The notes beneath the pieces are model-generated. The model made no database searches and had not been told where the DNA came from. It saw nothing but the letters and a program-made list of their open reading frames with translations. From Vulcanimicrobiota bacterium (GTDB lineage: Bacteria > Vulcanimicrobiota > Vulcanimicrobiia > Eremiobacterales > Eremiobacteraceae): a stretch of DNA of 64,000 bases. Both the position numbers and the translations under genes were made by a program. This document shows, in pieces, positions 49,934 through 59,568 of the stretch. Location of the stretch: NCBI GenBank assembly GCA_963812135.1, contig CAWETU010000001.1:352001-416000 (forward strand), in the 5' to 3' direction. Position 1 is the stretch's first letter. Every line of letters begins with the position of its first letter.

Positions 49934-50671
49934 TCAACGCCGCAGGGCGGCGACGGTGCGCATCCAGCTCAGGATCTCGCCGACGGTGACTTTGGACACG
50001 CCCCGCTCCCGGTTCCGGAACGCGATCGGCACTTCGACGATGCGCGCGCCGGCAGCCGCGGATTCGTAGAGCAGCTCCGGCACCATCGAGTAGCCGGTGG
50101 AGCGCAGCGTATCGAGACGCATGCGGCGCAAGAGCGCAGCAGAATACAACCGAAAGCCGGACGTGCAATCGCGGATGCGCAGGCGCAACATCGCACGCGC
50201 CATGCCGTTGGCCACCGAGCTGTTCAATTTGCGCGCCATCGAGAAATTTTCGACCGTGCCGCCCGGCGCGTAGCGCGACCCGATCACCAGGTCCGCGTCG
50301 CCGCGATCGAGGTGCGCGATCATCGCAGGCAATTCGGCGGGATCGTGCGAGCCATCCGCATCCATCGTGGCGATCGCGCCATAGCCCGCCTCAAGACCGT
50401 AACGGAAACCGGCGACGTACGCCGTGCCAAGGCCCAGCTTGCCTGACCGTTTGACGAGTGCGACGCGCGGCTCGTTGACGCGCATCGACTCGACGAGTTC
50501 GCCGGTGCCATCGGGCGATGCGTCATCGACCACGAGCGCATCGGCGCGCGGCGACGCCGCGAGCACTGCCTGCACCGTGGCGCGGATGTTGTCGCGTTCT
50601 TGATACGTCGGCAGCACCACCAAGCAACGCTGCGCGGTCGCCGGATCCGGAGAAGTCACGGGCTCAAGCAT
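49934..50671 (-). CDS. Polyprenol monophosphomannose synthase (Ppm1/DPM1-like GT2)
   Basis: VVLPTYQE.DNI, VDDASPDGTG, KLGLGTAY, MDADGSH, GSRY..GG, DCTSGFR, EVPI.F..R..G.SK. Confidence 0.88.
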   Translation of the reverse strand: MLEPVTSPDPATAQRCLVVLPTYQERDNIRATVQAVLAASPRADALVVDDASPDGTGELVESMRVNEPRVALVKRSGKLGLGTAYVAGFRYGLEAGYGAIATMDADGSHDPAELPAMIAHLDRGDADLVIGSRYAPGGTVENFSMARKLNSSVANGMARAMLRLRIRDCTSGFRLYSAALLRRMRLDTLRSTGYSMVPELLYESAAAGARIVEVPIAFRNRERGVSKVTVGEILSWMRTVAALRR

Positions 50672-50713
50672 TCGGCGCCGGGGTTCGCCCGACCCCGCCG
50701 CGAAACAGCGCGT

Positions 50714-51907
50714 GTGACCGTCTATCTCGACAATGCCGCCACCACCGCGCTCCACCCGCAAGCGCTCGACGCGATGCTGCCGTTCCTGCGCGCCGACTAC
50801 GCGAATCCCTCGAGCCCGCACGCGTCTGGACAGCGCGTGCGGCGCGCGCTCGACGATGCCCGCGAGCGCACGGCGGCGGCGATCGGCGCTCGTCCGGAAG
50901 AGATCGTGTTCACCGGCAGCGGGTCCGAAGCGGACAGTCTCGCGATCTTTGGGGTGCTCGCGCGCGGTGCGCCCGGTCGCTTCATCACCACCGCCATCGA
51001 ACATCACGCGGTGTTGCACGCCGCCGACGTGCTGCGCGAACGCGGACTTGAGGTCACCGTCGTGCCCGTCGACCAGCACGGAGTCGTCGTCGAGCCGGCG
51101 CTCGTCGAAGCGCTGCGTGCCGGCGATCGAGATCGCAAGACCACATTGGTCAGCATCATGCACGCGAACAACGAGATCGGCACGATTCAGAACATCGCAC
51201 GGCTCGCCGCGCTCGCGCACGAACACGGCGCGCTGGTGCACACCGACGCGGTGCAAACGGCAGGTCATATCCCGCTCGACGTCAAGGCGCTCGGCATCGA
51301 CGCGCTTTCGATGTCCGCGCACAAGTTCGAAGGACCAAAGGGTACCGGCGTGTTGTACCTGCGCGATGGGGTGAAGCCCGCGCCGCTCATCGTCGGCGGC
51401 GCGCAAGAAGGCGGGCGGCGCGCGGGCACGGAGAACGTCGCCGGCATCGTCGGTCTCTCGGTGGCGCTCGACCTCGCTACGAAGAATGTCGAAGGGCAAG
51501 CGGCCGTGACGCGCGCGTTACGCGACCGGCTCATCGATAAGGTTCTCGAAGAGATCCCCCACGCGTTCCTCAACGGCGCGCCACGCGAACGTCTTCCCAA
51601 CAATGCGAGCTTGCGATTCGACGGCATCGAAGGTCAGACGGTGGTGCTGGCGCTGGACGTCGCCGGCTTCGAAGTGTCGACCGGCAGCGCGTGCACGTCC
51701 GGCTCGCTCGAACCGTCGCACGTCCTGAGCGCCATCGGGCTGGATGCGAGGCAGGCCCGGGGCACAGTCCGCTTTTCGCTCGGCCGGACGACATCGGCGA
51801 GCGACGTCGAGCGTTTGCTTGGGGCGTTACCGGGTATCATAGAGAAGTTACGCGCGCTTGCAGGCGCGCTCGTACTTGGGGGAGGTCCTTCGCACACCCG
51901 AGAATGA
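50714..51907 (+). CDS. iscS: Cysteine desulfurase (IscS/NifS group I)
   Basis: YLDNAATT, NPSS.H, NNEIG, HTDAVQ, SAHKF.GPKG, STGSACTS. Confidence 0.93.
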   Translation: MTVYLDNAATTALHPQALDAMLPFLRADYANPSSPHASGQRVRRALDDARERTAAAIGARPEEIVFTGSGSEADSLAIFGVLARGAPGRFITTAIEHHAVLHAADVLRERGLEVTVVPVDQHGVVVEPALVEALRAGDRDRKTTLVSIMHANNEIGTIQNIARLAALAHEHGALVHTDAVQTAGHIPLDVKALGIDALSMSAHKFEGPKGTGVLYLRDGVKPAPLIVGGAQEGGRRAGTENVAGIVGLSVALDLATKNVEGQAAVTRALRDRLIDKVLEEIPHAFLNGAPRERLPNNASLRFDGIEGQTVVLALDVAGFEVSTGSACTSGSLEPSHVLSAIGLDARQARGTVRFSLGRTTSASDVERLLGALPGIIEKLRALAGALVLGGGPSHTRE

Positions 51908-51920
51908 CTGGGGTCCTCGC

Positions 51921-52322
51921 ATGAGCACGCAAGATTTCATGTGGCTGGCAATCGGGCTCGCCAGCCTCATCATCGCCGGGAGCCTCGCATTCGTCTTCAT
52001 CCGCATGGGGATGCTGCTGACGCGGGCGGAGGCGACGCTTGCCAAAGCGGATGCGAAGCTCGACCAGCTCGACGTGCCCGTCATGAAGACGCTGGATCAT
52101 ATCGGCGGCATCGCCGACAGCGTGGACAGCATGGTCGCCCGCGTTGATCGCGTGACCGCGGTCGCGGAGCGAGCCGCAGGCGCGGTCGACAAAGCGACCG
52201 ATGCGGCCAGCGCGAGCATCGCGCCGACGGTCGCCAAGATCGCCAGCTTGATCGCCGGCGTTAGCGCCGGCGCGCGCGCATTCCTCACCCGCGCGCGCGG
52301 CAAGGACAACGGATCGAATTGA
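51921..52322 (+). CDS. DUF948/YtxG-like membrane-anchored coiled-coil protein
   Basis: N-terminal TM helix then heptad repeats; lies upstream of YtxH. Confidence 0.65.
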   Translation: MSTQDFMWLAIGLASLIIAGSLAFVFIRMGMLLTRAEATLAKADAKLDQLDVPVMKTLDHIGGIADSVDSMVARVDRVTAVAERAAGAVDKATDAASASIAPTVAKIASLIAGVSAGARAFLTRARGKDNGSN

Positions 52323-52336
52323 AGGAGAGACAACAC

Positions 52337-52681
52337 ATGGATAACGACAACAGCAACTCCGGCGTCGGATTCCTCTCAGGACTCGTGATCGGCGCGTTCG
52401 CCGGCGCAGTGCTCGCGCTCGTGCTCGCGCCCCAAACGGGCGAGGAGACGCGCGAGTTGATCTCAGGCAAGGCGCAAGAGGCGCGCGGCAAGGCGCTCGA
52501 TATGGCCTCAGACCTGCGAGACCTCGCCAATCAGCTCGCCGACGATCTGCGCAAGCAGGCCGAGGAGCTCGCGAAGAAGACGCGCACGGCGTACGAGACG
52601 ACCGCCAAGCGCGCCGACAACGCGGTGAGCGCGGCGAAGCACGCCGCCCAGTCCAAGATCGACGAGATCCAGAACGGTTAG
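52337..52681 (+). CDS. YtxH-domain protein
   Basis: GFLSGLVIGAFAGAVLALVLAPQTGEETR. Confidence 0.88.
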   Translation: MDNDNSNSGVGFLSGLVIGAFAGAVLALVLAPQTGEETRELISGKAQEARGKALDMASDLRDLANQLADDLRKQAEELAKKTRTAYETTAKRADNAVSAAKHAAQSKIDEIQNG

Positions 52682-52688
52682 GGCGGGC

Positions 52689-53036
52689 GTGGATATCAAC
52701 GTCGACGTCAAGGAAGTCCCTGGCAAGAACGGGGTGCGCGTCGTCGATCTCAACGGCGAGATCGACGTCTACACCTCGCCGCGCGTCAAGGAGACGATCA
52801 GCGAGCTGATCGATCAGGGCCACTACGACCTGATCATCAATCTTGAGAACGTCCGCTATATCGATTCGACGGGTTTGGGCGTGCTGATCGGCGGCCTCAA
52901 GCGCGTCCGCGAGCACAGCGGCACCGTGAATCTCGTCTGCACGAATCCGCAGATCAAGAAGATCTTCGACATCACCGGCCTCGTGAAGATCTTCGGCATC
53001 TATGACTCCGAGGCCAACGCGAGCGCATCGCTATGA
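52689..53036 (+). CDS. rsbV: Anti-sigma factor antagonist (STAS)
   Basis: GEIDVYTSP, YIDSTGLGVL (phosphorylatable Ser), FDITGL. Confidence 0.9.
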   Translation: MDINVDVKEVPGKNGVRVVDLNGEIDVYTSPRVKETISELIDQGHYDLIINLENVRYIDSTGLGVLIGGLKRVREHSGTVNLVCTNPQIKKIFDITGLVKIFGIYDSEANASASL

Positions 53037-53458
53037 TCTCACCGCAGGACGCGCGGGTGGAGAGCAGCATCGAGCTGCGGCTCCCCGCGAAAGCGGAGTG
53101 GGTGGGAGTCGCGCGCCTCGCGATCGCCGGCATCGCGAGCCGTCTCGGTCTCGACATGGAAGAGATCGACGATCTGAAGCTTGCGGTGTCCGAGGCGTGC
53201 AACAACTGCATCCAGTTCGCGCATGCCGGCGACGAGGTGCTGATCACCAACACCATCTATCCCGACCGGCTCGTGGTCACGGTTCGGGATCGCGTCGACG
53301 CAAGCGCCGCGGGCCTCACACAACGCCGCCTTGGCGCGGCCAAAGAAGGCGGCTTGGGCGTCTTCTTGATCCGGACGCTGATGGACGAGGTCAGCTATGA
53401 GACCGATGCGCGCACCGGATCGCGTCTCACGATGACCAAACGCCTCAAGAAATCGTAG
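53033..53458 (+). CDS. rsbW: Anti-sigma factor Ser kinase
   Basis: PAKAEWVGVARL, DLKLAVSEACNN, EGGLGVFLIRTLMDEV. Confidence 0.88.
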   Translation: MISPQDARVESSIELRLPAKAEWVGVARLAIAGIASRLGLDMEEIDDLKLAVSEACNNCIQFAHAGDEVLITNTIYPDRLVVTVRDRVDASAAGLTQRRLGAAKEGGLGVFLIRTLMDEVSYETDARTGSRLTMTKRLKKS

Positions 53459-53466
53459 GACCGCGC

Positions 53467-54270
53467 GTGGGCGTTTCACCGAGACCGTCACACGGCGAGC
53501 GTTTCGATCGGGAACGCACGCGGGCGTTGTTCGCATCGTTCGCGACCACCCGCGACGGCGAGGTACGCGAGACGCTCGTCGTGGCGCATCTCAATCTCGT
53601 GCGTTATCTCGCGTCGCGCTTCGCCAATCGAGGCGAGCCGCTCGACGACCTCATCCAAGTCGGCACGCTCGGCTTGATCAAAGCGATCGACCGGTTCGAG
53701 CCGCAGCGCGGTCTGGAATTCACGACGTATGCGACCCCGACGATCATCGGCGAGATCAAGCGCCATTTCCGCGACAAGGGCTGGGCCATCCGCGTGCCGC
53801 GCCGTCTGCAGGAGCTCAACGCGGCCGTCAATCGCGCGCTGGACACGATGTCGGCGCAGCTCGGCCGTTCTCCGAGCGTGGCGGAGCTCGCGCAAAAGCT
53901 CAACGCGAGCGAAGAGGAGGTCATCGAGGCGCACGAGCTCGGACAGGCCTACGCGCCCCTGTCGCTCGACGTCGAGCTGGCGGGCGACAGCGAAGGCAAA
54001 GCCGCCACGTTGATGGATTACTTGGGTCGCGATGATCCGGACATGAAGCTGCTCGAGAACAAGGACCTGCTGGAGCGGGCGTTCGAGCGGCTCGACCGGC
54101 GCGAACGCGTCATCGTCTATCTCCGCTATTACGAGAACGCCTCACAATCCGACATCGCGCGGCGCCTGCAAGTGTCGCAGATGCACGTGTCGCGCCTGCA
54201 GCAGCGCGCGCTCGCCAAGATGAAGGGCCTCCTGGTCCAAGAAGAGTCGCGCCCCGAACACGCAAACTAG
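53467..54270 (+). CDS. sigB: SigB/SigF-family RNA polymerase sigma factor
   Basis: DDLIQVG..GLIKAIDRF, GEIKRHFRD..W..RVPRRLQE, SQMHVSRLQ; follows rsbVW. Confidence 0.88.
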   Translation: MGVSPRPSHGERFDRERTRALFASFATTRDGEVRETLVVAHLNLVRYLASRFANRGEPLDDLIQVGTLGLIKAIDRFEPQRGLEFTTYATPTIIGEIKRHFRDKGWAIRVPRRLQELNAAVNRALDTMSAQLGRSPSVAELAQKLNASEEEVIEAHELGQAYAPLSLDVELAGDSEGKAATLMDYLGRDDPDMKLLENKDLLERAFERLDRRERVIVYLRYYENASQSDIARRLQVSQMHVSRLQQRALAKMKGLLVQEESRPEHAN

Positions 54271-54278
54271 TCCCTGAC

Positions 54279-56927
54279 ATGACCTCCGCGGAGATCCGAC
54301 GTTCGTTCGTCGACTTTTTCGTCGCGAAACAACACCGGCACGTGCCTGGCGCGAGCCTGGTCCCTGACGCGCTGTCGACGACGCTGTTCACGATCGCCGG
54401 CATGGAGCCGTTCGTGCCGCAATTCCTGGGCGAAGCCCCGCCGCCGGCGCCGCGCGTGGTCACGGTGCAGCGATGCCTGCGGGTGGCGGGCGGCAAGAAC
54501 GACATCGAAAACGTCGGCCGCAGCGGCCGCCATGGCACGTTTCTCGAGATGCTGGGCAATTTCTCGTTCGGCGATTACTACAAACGCGAAGCGATCGCGT
54601 GGGCGTGGGAGTATCTGACCAAGACGCTGCGTATGCCGGCGGACCGGCTCTACGCCACCGTCTACGTCGACGACGACGAGGCGGCGGAGATCTGGCAGCG
54701 CCACATCGGGCTTGCGCCCGAGCGCGTCACGCGCATGCGCGAGGACAATTTTTGGGATATGGGTCCGACCGGTCCATGCGGTCCATGCTCGGAGATCTTC
54801 TACGATCTCGGTCCCGAGGCCGGCTGCGGCAAGCCGACCTGCGGCGTCGGCTGCCCGGACTGCGACCGCTACGTCGAGTTCTGGAATCTCGTCTTCCAAC
54901 AGTACGACCGGGATTCGAGCGGCAGGCTGCACCCGCTTCCCAAGCAGTGCATCGATACCGGCATGGGCTTCGAGCGCCTATGCATGATCCTCGCCGGCAA
55001 GACATCGATATTCGACACCGATGTGTATCAGTCGATCATCGCGACGCTCCCCCCGGTCGGCGCATCGCGGCTTGCGCAAGAGGAACAGGCGGTCCATAAG
55101 CGGATCATCGCGGATCATGCGCGCGCCTGCGTGTTCTTGGTCGCAGACGGCGTCGTGCCGAGCAACACGGACCGCGGGTACGTGCTGCGCTTCCTCGCGC
55201 GCCGCGCGATCCGCAGCGGCACGCTGCTCGGTTTTCCTGAAGGCTTCTTCTCGAGGCTGACGCCCGTCGTGATCGCCTCGTTGATCAGCGGCTACCCAGA
55301 GTTGGGCGGCGTGGACGAGCGCGTGCGCGGAGTGCTCGAAGCAGAAGAAAAGCAGTTCAGCGCCACGTTGGCGCGCGGGTCCGCTCGTTTGGCGGAGCGC
55401 ATCGAAGCGTTGCGCCGCGCCGGTGCGGGCGAGTTGCCGGGCACCGATGCGTTCGAGCTCTACGACACGTATGGGTTCCCGCTCGATCTCACGCGCGAGA
55501 TCGCTTCGGAAGCGGGTTTGTCGATCGACATGGCCGGCTATCACGCGGCGATGGAAGAGCAGCGGGAGCGCGCTCGTGCCGACGCGATCGCCAAACGGGG
55601 CGAAGTGCGCGTGGCGCGGCCGCCATCGGGCGACGTCGAACAGTCGACATTCGTCGGATACACCGGCCTTGAGGCGAAAGCGACGATCGTCGCCCTCTTC
55701 GATCGCACCGGCGCGGCCGTCGAGCGGCTGGACGGAGGCGCCGAAGGCATCGTGGTGCTCGACACGACGCCGTTTTACGCGGAGCGCGGTGGCCAAGTCG
55801 GCGACCGGGGCGTGCTGGCCGGTGCCGCAGCGGCGTTCGACGTGCGCGACACGCAATATGAAGATAAGACGCATCGGCGCATCATGCACCGGGGCACGGT
55901 GAAATCGGGGACAATCGCAGTCGGCGACCAAGTGGACGCGCTGGTCGATCCCCATTGGCGGCGCGAGATCCGCCGGCACCACACCGTGACGCACCTGCTC
56001 CAGCGCGCGCTCAAGGAGGCGCTGGGAGACGCGGTCGCCCAGCGCGGCAGCGCCGTCTTCCCCGAGCGGACGCGTTTCGATTTCGACTCCCCAGTCGGCG
56101 CGCTTTCACGGCAGCAGCGCGCCGAGGTGACGTCGCGCGTCAACGAACTTATCCGCGACGACTATCACATCGACGAGCAGACGATGCCGTTCGCCGAAGC
56201 GATCGCGCGCGGCGCCGTGCACATGAAGGGCGAGAACTACGGCGACATCGTGCGCGTCGTGACGTTCGGACCGAGCATCGAGCTGTGCGGCGGCACGCAC
56301 GTCTCGTCCACTGGCGAGATCGGACACTTCGTGCTGCTCGGCGAGTCGGCGATCGGCGCCGGCATCCGGCGGGTCGAGGGCGTCGTCTCCGAAGCGGCTG
56401 ATCATTATGTGGACACGATGCGCGATGCGGTCGACGAAGTCGGACACGCGCTGTCGACGTCGGGCGATCAGGTTCCCGAGGCCGTCTCACGTCTCGCGCA
56501 GCGGCAGAAAGAGCTCGAGCGCAAAGTCGCGGCGTTACAATCGCAGCTCGCGTCGCAGCGCGCGACCGAGTACGTCGCAGCCGCGAAGGAAGTGGCGGGC
56601 GTGAAGTACGTCGCTGTGGCGCCTGGCGACGAAGCCGGCGTCGGCGCCCGGGATCTCGCCGATTCCATCCGCGCGCAATTGCCCGACGGCGTCGTCGTCG
56701 TGGCGGCGCCGGAAAACGGCAAAGTGTCGGTCGTTGTCGCCGCAGGGGGCGCGGCTGCCCGCAAAGGCGTTTCGGCCAAAGACGTCCTCGCGGCCATCAT
56801 CCCGCACGTCGACGGCAAAGGTGGCGGCAATCCGGCGATGGCACAGGGCGCCGGCAAGAATCCGGCGGGCATCGACGCGGCGCTGGCCGCGGTGCCGAGC
56901 GCGATCGAGAAAGCCGTTCGTGCGTAA
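54279..56927 (+). CDS. alaS: Alanine--tRNA ligase
   Basis: HGTFLEMLGNFSFGDY, GPCGPCSE, DTGMG.ER, H.VTHLL, ELCGGTH, GKGGG. Confidence 0.98.
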   Translation: MTSAEIRRSFVDFFVAKQHRHVPGASLVPDALSTTLFTIAGMEPFVPQFLGEAPPPAPRVVTVQRCLRVAGGKNDIENVGRSGRHGTFLEMLGNFSFGDYYKREAIAWAWEYLTKTLRMPADRLYATVYVDDDEAAEIWQRHIGLAPERVTRMREDNFWDMGPTGPCGPCSEIFYDLGPEAGCGKPTCGVGCPDCDRYVEFWNLVFQQYDRDSSGRLHPLPKQCIDTGMGFERLCMILAGKTSIFDTDVYQSIIATLPPVGASRLAQEEQAVHKRIIADHARACVFLVADGVVPSNTDRGYVLRFLARRAIRSGTLLGFPEGFFSRLTPVVIASLISGYPELGGVDERVRGVLEAEEKQFSATLARGSARLAERIEALRRAGAGELPGTDAFELYDTYGFPLDLTREIASEAGLSIDMAGYHAAMEEQRERARADAIAKRGEVRVARPPSGDVEQSTFVGYTGLEAKATIVALFDRTGAAVERLDGGAEGIVVLDTTPFYAERGGQVGDRGVLAGAAAAFDVRDTQYEDKTHRRIMHRGTVKSGTIAVGDQVDALVDPHWRREIRRHHTVTHLLQRALKEALGDAVAQRGSAVFPERTRFDFDSPVGALSRQQRAEVTSRVNELIRDDYHIDEQTMPFAEAIARGAVHMKGENYGDIVRVVTFGPSIELCGGTHVSSTGEIGHFVLLGESAIGAGIRRVEGVVSEAADHYVDTMRDAVDEVGHALSTSGDQVPEAVSRLAQRQKELERKVAALQSQLASQRATEYVAAAKEVAGVKYVAVAPGDEAGVGARDLADSIRAQLPDGVVVVAAPENGKVSVVVAAGGAAARKGVSAKDVLAAIIPHVDGKGGGNPAMAQGAGKNPAGIDAALAAVPSAIEKAVRA

Positions 56928-57639
56928 CCAAGCGCGCGCCGCGCGATACTGGATCGCGCTGAGTCTTGTCGCGGTCGCATACTGGTCGACCGCGCCGGCA
57001 AGCGCGGCGCCGGCAGCGCCGCCCACCGCTGCCAAGGTGCTCGCGAAGTACCGCGCGGCGATGGCGGATCTTCCCAAGCCGTCGAACATGATCTTCACGT
57101 ATAGCGAGACGCGCACCGGCCCGACGCGCATCGTGAGCGGGCTGCACCGCGTCTATCGCGACAAGGATGGCAACCAGCGCAACGATACGCTGGCGATCAA
57201 CGATCAGCCGATCCGGCCGCCGAGCACGCAGACATTCCAGCGCGCGTCGTGGCCGTACTTCGCCGATCAGTTCGATGCATCGCCATCGGACTACGACGTG
57301 AAGTTCGCTGGCATGGCGACGGTCGACGGGCGGCGTGCGTACGTCTACGGAACGAAACGGCTCACGGCGGCGCCGTTCGCGATCACGCAGTTGGCGCTCG
57401 ATCCGGCGACCGGCCTTCCGCTTCGGGAGCTGTTCACGGTCGCCACGAGCGATTGCACCGGCGATGGCGAGATCGATTTCATGCTGGTCGGCACCTACGT
57501 GCTCCCATCGGCCGTCTCGGCGCAATGCACCATGAGCGGTACCGGCCAGTTCAAAGACGCGATGCGCTTTTCCGACTATTCATTCCCCGCGGCGATCCCA
57601 GCTGACGTGCTGCACCCGAACGGAACGCCGGCGGGATGA
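56920..57639 (+). CDS. Secreted hypothetical protein, possible LolA-like fold
   Basis: Signal peptide; YDVKFAG...VDGRRAYV...LALDPATGLP; FSDYSFP. Confidence 0.55.
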   Translation: MRNQARAARYWIALSLVAVAYWSTAPASAAPAAPPTAAKVLAKYRAAMADLPKPSNMIFTYSETRTGPTRIVSGLHRVYRDKDGNQRNDTLAINDQPIRPPSTQTFQRASWPYFADQFDASPSDYDVKFAGMATVDGRRAYVYGTKRLTAAPFAITQLALDPATGLPLRELFTVATSDCTGDGEIDFMLVGTYVLPSAVSAQCTMSGTGQFKDAMRFSDYSFPAAIPADVLHPNGTPAG

Positions 57640-58808
57640 GGGTGCTCGCGCGCTGGTCGCCGCTCATCGTGTTCATCCTCGCCTTCGCGGCGTATTGGAT
57701 GTCGACCGGCGGCATGCACGCGTACTACGACAACTTCGTGCGGCTCGCATACGCGTTCGTGCACGGGCGGTTATGGATCGATTGGCCCGGCCCCGCGATC
57801 GAAGCGTTGGAATACAACGGCCAGCATTACGTGATCGAAGGGCCGGTGCCGGCGCTGTTGTGCATCCCGTTCGTGCTGCTCTATGGACTCGACGCGAACC
57901 AGGCGGTCGTCTGCGCGATCGCAGCAGCCATCGGCGTTTCCGCCGCTTGGGCGATGCTCGGACGGATGGGCGTTTCGCGCGTAGTGCAGTTGTGGACGAC
58001 GATCTTTCTCGGCTTCGGCACCGTGTATTGGTGGTGCGCCGCATTTGGTTCGCTGTGGATGTACGCGCACATCGCCGGCGCGATGTTCGCGCTGCTCGCG
58101 CTGGCTGAATGGTATGGCCGCCGCCGGCCATGGCTGCTCGGCGTGCTGTTCGCATGCGTCGCGCTGTCGCGTTTCCCGATGGCGCTCGCGGGCATACCGT
58201 TCGTGATCTGGCTGATGGTCGAGACGCCGAAAGGCCAGCGCCTCAAGGCATTCGCGGAGGTCGCCGCGGGCGCGCTGCCGTTCTTCTTGTTGTTCTTGCT
58301 GTATAACTATGGCAGATGGCACACGTTCAGCGACATCGGCTACACGACGTGGTTCCATCAGGATCCGGTCGGCTCGAGGACCGGCAGTCCGTTCGGCCTG
58401 CGCTTCTTGCCGGCGAATCTGTTCAGCTTCTTCCTGCTCGCGCCCGACTTCTCGCCGGATCCGCCGTGGCTCAAACCGACTGGGTTCGGCGTCGCGCTCA
58501 CCTTCACGAGCCCGGCGCTCGCGCTCGCGTTCTTCGCGCCGGCGCGCAACCGTGAGACGTGGTTCTTGTGGTCGGCGGTGCTGCTGACCGCGCTCCCGTC
58601 GCTGCTCTACTACGTCAACGGCTTCGAGCAGTTCGGCATGCGGCATTCGCTCGATTTCACGCCGTTCATCATCCCGCTCGTCGCGCGCGGTTTCGAGCGT
58701 GTCAAGTACGCGTTCTCGTACGTGTTGATCGTGTGGTCCGTGCTCGCCAACGCATGGGGTGTCTGGTACTCGTGGGCCTACCACGCGTACGCGGTCGTGC
58801 CTCGGTAG
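57636..58808 (+). CDS. Polytopic membrane protein, GT-C glycosyltransferase-like
   Basis: About 10 TM helices, LSRFP, YNYGRW, QFGMRHSLD; ATGA overlap. Confidence 0.6.
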   Translation: MRVLARWSPLIVFILAFAAYWMSTGGMHAYYDNFVRLAYAFVHGRLWIDWPGPAIEALEYNGQHYVIEGPVPALLCIPFVLLYGLDANQAVVCAIAAAIGVSAAWAMLGRMGVSRVVQLWTTIFLGFGTVYWWCAAFGSLWMYAHIAGAMFALLALAEWYGRRRPWLLGVLFACVALSRFPMALAGIPFVIWLMVETPKGQRLKAFAEVAAGALPFFLLFLLYNYGRWHTFSDIGYTTWFHQDPVGSRTGSPFGLRFLPANLFSFFLLAPDFSPDPPWLKPTGFGVALTFTSPALALAFFAPARNRETWFLWSAVLLTALPSLLYYVNGFEQFGMRHSLDFTPFIIPLVARGFERVKYAFSYVLIVWSVLANAWGVWYSWAYHAYAVVPR

Positions 58809-58809
58809 A

Positions 58810-59529
58810 GTGCCTCCAGTCTCGTTCGCATGGCCGCTCACCCCGCTCGCCGATTCGATTTGGACGGCAAGCGTGCCGATCCGCTTCGCCGGCGCGTGGT
58901 TTCCGCATGTCATGACGGTTGTGCGGTCGCGCGCGGGGTCGCTGCTGCTGCATTCGCCATGCGAGTTGTCCGCCGGCTTGTTGGGCGGTCTGAAAAACCT
59001 CGGACCGGTCGACGACGTCGTCGCACCAAATTGGTTCCACGATCTCTACCTCGCCGAATACCGGGCGGCGTTTCCGACGGCGACGTTCTGGGGGCCTTCG
59101 AGATTACAAAAAGCGCTCGGCGCGCGCGTCATCGATCGCGTTCTTGACGGCGATTCGACAGCGCCGTGGTTTGAGGCGTTGCCGCATACCACGATAAAGG
59201 GGTTGCTCACGTTCGATGAGAGCGTGTTCTTCCACGAGCCGACCCGCACGCTCATCGTCGCTGATTTTTTGATGAACCTGTCGACGGAAGCCGATGCGCC
59301 GGCGTTTACGCGATTCGCGTTCCGCATATCGCGCGCCGACACAGGACTCCAAGTGTTTCCGATCCTGCGCTGGCTCAGCGTCTCGAACCGGGCAGCGCTG
59401 AGGAGCGCCGCCGAGCAAATGCTGGAGTGGCGACCCGAGCGGATCGTTGTCGGTCACGGAAACCCGATCACGCAGGACGCGATGCCCCGGTTGCAGGTGG
59501 CGTTTCGCTGGCTGGTGCCTCACATATAA
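58810..59529 (+). CDS. DUF4336 family protein
   Basis: MTVVR, LLHSP, VAPNWFHDLY, E.VFFH.PTRTLIVAD, W.PERIVVGHG. Confidence 0.85.
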   Translation: MPPVSFAWPLTPLADSIWTASVPIRFAGAWFPHVMTVVRSRAGSLLLHSPCELSAGLLGGLKNLGPVDDVVAPNWFHDLYLAEYRAAFPTATFWGPSRLQKALGARVIDRVLDGDSTAPWFEALPHTTIKGLLTFDESVFFHEPTRTLIVADFLMNLSTEADAPAFTRFAFRISRADTGLQVFPILRWLSVSNRAALRSAAEQMLEWRPERIVVGHGNPITQDAMPRLQVAFRWLVPHI

Positions 59530-59568
59530 AGGTCACGCGCCAGGAGTCCGGCGAACGCGGCGCCCGAC

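Noticed and set aside
54255..54279. T-box or riboswitch leaders before hisS, aspS, alaS, glyA or purH
   Set aside because: Intergenic gaps are too short or overlapping, and no T-box motif is seen.
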